Part shown: in pieces, positions 15,673 to 16,839 of the stretch | Layout of the letters: each line of letters opens with the position of its first letter | How positions within the stretch are numbered: the first letter of the stretch is position 1 | Source: Candidatus Wukongarchaeum yapensis | GTDB taxonomy: Archaea > Asgardarchaeota > Wukongarchaeia > Wukongarchaeales > Wukongarchaeaceae | Assembly (NCBI GenBank): GCA_016840425.1 | Contig: JAEOSI010000023.1 | Span: 1-16,839, forward strand | DNA: 16,839 nt | Reading direction: 5' to 3' | The notes under the pieces: model-generated | The model's input: only the letters and a program-made list of their open reading frames with translations | Told to the model about the DNA's origin: nothing | Databases searched by the model: none | Program-made: the position numbers and the translations under genes

Positions 15673-16839
15673 TTGAGTAGGGCAGAATGGAAGCGAACTC
15701 ATTATTCTGTGGAAGTAACGCCAAATATTGAAGGAAAAGAAGTTGTTGTTAATGGAAACGTTTTAAGATTAAGAAAGCTTGGAAAGTTAAAATTTTTTGT
15801 TCTTCAGGATAATGATGGTATTATACAAATAACCGCTAGAAAGGGAGAAGTAAATGAAGGGATAATGGAAAAAATAGAACAAATCGATAGAAATGATGCT
15901 TTAAGCGTGGCTGGGATCGTTAAAGTTGATGAAAGGGCGCCGAGAAGCGTGGAAATAATCCCTGCAAAAATAGAGATATTGAACAAATCAGAACCTCTCC
16001 CTTATGATCCTCTTGCTCCGAGCATAGAAACCGGTTTTGATACGAGATTAAAGTGGAGGGTTATTGATTTTAGAAACCCAAAAGTTAGATCAATATTCCT
16101 AATAAAATCGGAGATAACGAACATAACGCGGGAGTTTTTCCATAAACGGAAATTTACTGAGTGTTTTACCTCAAAAATAACTTCTGCGGCTACAGAGGGA
16201 GGTGCAGAAGTATTTCCAATTTTGTATTTTGATAGACCTGCCTTTTTAACGATGTCACCACAATTGTACAAACAGTTTGTTGTAGGGGGGGGATTTGAGA
16301 AGTTTTTTGAAATTGGCCCAGTATATCGAGCGGAAAAACATAGAACTAGACGGCATTTAAACGAGTTTTGGGGTATAGATATAGAGGTAGGATTTGCAAC
16401 AGAAAATGATGTTATGAATATTTTAGAAGAATTGATTTGGGAGGTCTATAAAGAGGTTAAGAAGAGGCGTGAAAAGGATTTTGAGATATTAGAAAGGGAG
16501 ATAGAAGTACCTAAAAGACCTTTCAAAAGTTTAACTTATGACAAATGTGTTAATATGCTTGAAAAAGAGGGAGAAATTATTGAGTGGGGGGAAGATTTCA
16601 GTACACCCCAAGAGAAAAAACTTGTAGAGATGATAAACGAACCGTTTTTCATAACCGACTATCCTTGGGCAATCAAACCCTTTTATATAGCAAGGCACGA
16701 AGATGATCCTAAGCTTAGTTATGGTTTTGATTTTATTTATGAGATCGAGCTTACAAGTGGGGGTAGAAGAGAACACAGAGTTGAAAAACTTATAGAAAAC
16801 TTGAAAGACAAAGGTTTGGAGCCTAAAAATTTCGAGTTT
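15673..16839 (+). CDS. aspS: Archaeal-type aspartyl-tRNA synthetase, 3'-truncated by the window edge
   Basis: Hand translation from TTG 15673 (GGATGTGA SD) is open to the window end: RTHYS, OB-fold, ATEGGAEVF, SPQLYKQ, YRAEKHRTRRHLNEFWGID, KPFY, ELTSGGRREH. SPQLYKQ and HLNE favour Asp over Asn specificity. Confidence 0.92.
   Translation, partial: MSRAEWKRTHYSVEVTPNIEGKEVVVNGNVLRLRKLGKLKFFVLQDNDGIIQITARKGEVNEGIMEKIEQIDRNDALSVAGIVKVDERAPRSVEIIPAKIEILNKSEPLPYDPLAPSIETGFDTRLKWRVIDFRNPKVRSIFLIKSEITNITREFFHKRKFTECFTSKITSAATEGGAEVFPILYFDRPAFLTMSPQLYKQFVVGGGFEKFFEIGPVYRAEKHRTRRHLNEFWGIDIEVGFATENDVMNILEELIWEVYKEVKKRREKDFEILEREIEVPKRPFKSLTYDKCVNMLEKEGEIIEWGEDFSTPQEKKLVEMINEPFFITDYPWAIKPFYIARHEDDPKLSYGFDFIYEIELTSGGRREHRVEKLIENLKDKGLEPKNFEF

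Noticed and set aside
16285-16292. G8 homopolymer in aspS as a phase-variation switch
   Set aside because: It is in frame (Gly-Gly-Gly) in a probably essential gene, with no evidence of length variation. Worth revisiting only if this AspRS proves to be a dispensable paralogue.
760-16776. Numerous antisense or alternative-frame ORFs in the track (e.g. 760-1020, 2689-3066, 3435-3965, 6500-7135, 7087-7482, 10358-10621, 12045-12287, 16002-16271)
   Set aside because: Each lies wholly within a well-supported gene on the other strand or frame and shows no motifs or SD. These are typical shadow ORFs.
1-16839. tRNA, rRNA, C/D-box sRNA, CRISPR array, IS element or integrase
   Set aside because: No cloverleaf, no C/D box pair in intergenic gaps, no regularly spaced repeats, and no transposase or integrase motifs were seen by eye. 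Infernal/tRNAscan would be needed to exclude small RNAs.

Overview
Archaeal chromosomal window of mostly housekeeping genes. The archaeal assignment rests on EF-1beta, a Zn-ribbon protein, a geranylgeranyl reductase, Pth2, long archaeal-type TruD, archaeal-type AspRS, and TATA plus GGAGG/GGTGA signals. Order: uvrC (+); a minus-strand run of aspartate kinase, thrC, a hexapeptide-repeat acyltransferase, a 4xCBS protein and a VTT/DedA-like membrane protein; a frameshifted DUF1638-like gene (+); an M29-type aminopeptidase (-); htpX (+); GGR, Zn-ribbon and EF-1beta (-); pth2 (+); a Cys-rich orphan ORF (-); truD (+); and aspS (+, runs off the window, missed by the ORF track). No rRNA, tRNA, CRISPR array or transposase was seen. 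The unusual signals sit in two accessory gaps and in AspRS. (1) 7.9-8.5 kb: an SD-led 30-aa Lys-rich ORF plus inverted repeats upstream of aspartate kinase, and a frameshift that hides the DUF1638 N-terminus. (2) 13.5-14.2 kb: a Cys-rich orphan with an apparent +1 indel at its start, a 72-bp degenerate duplicate 471 bp away, and a 17-bp palindrome between the copies. (3) AspRS carries substitutions at normally conserved positions. All family calls are from motif recognition by eye and recalled family sequences; no database search was run. None of the regulatory hypotheses is established.
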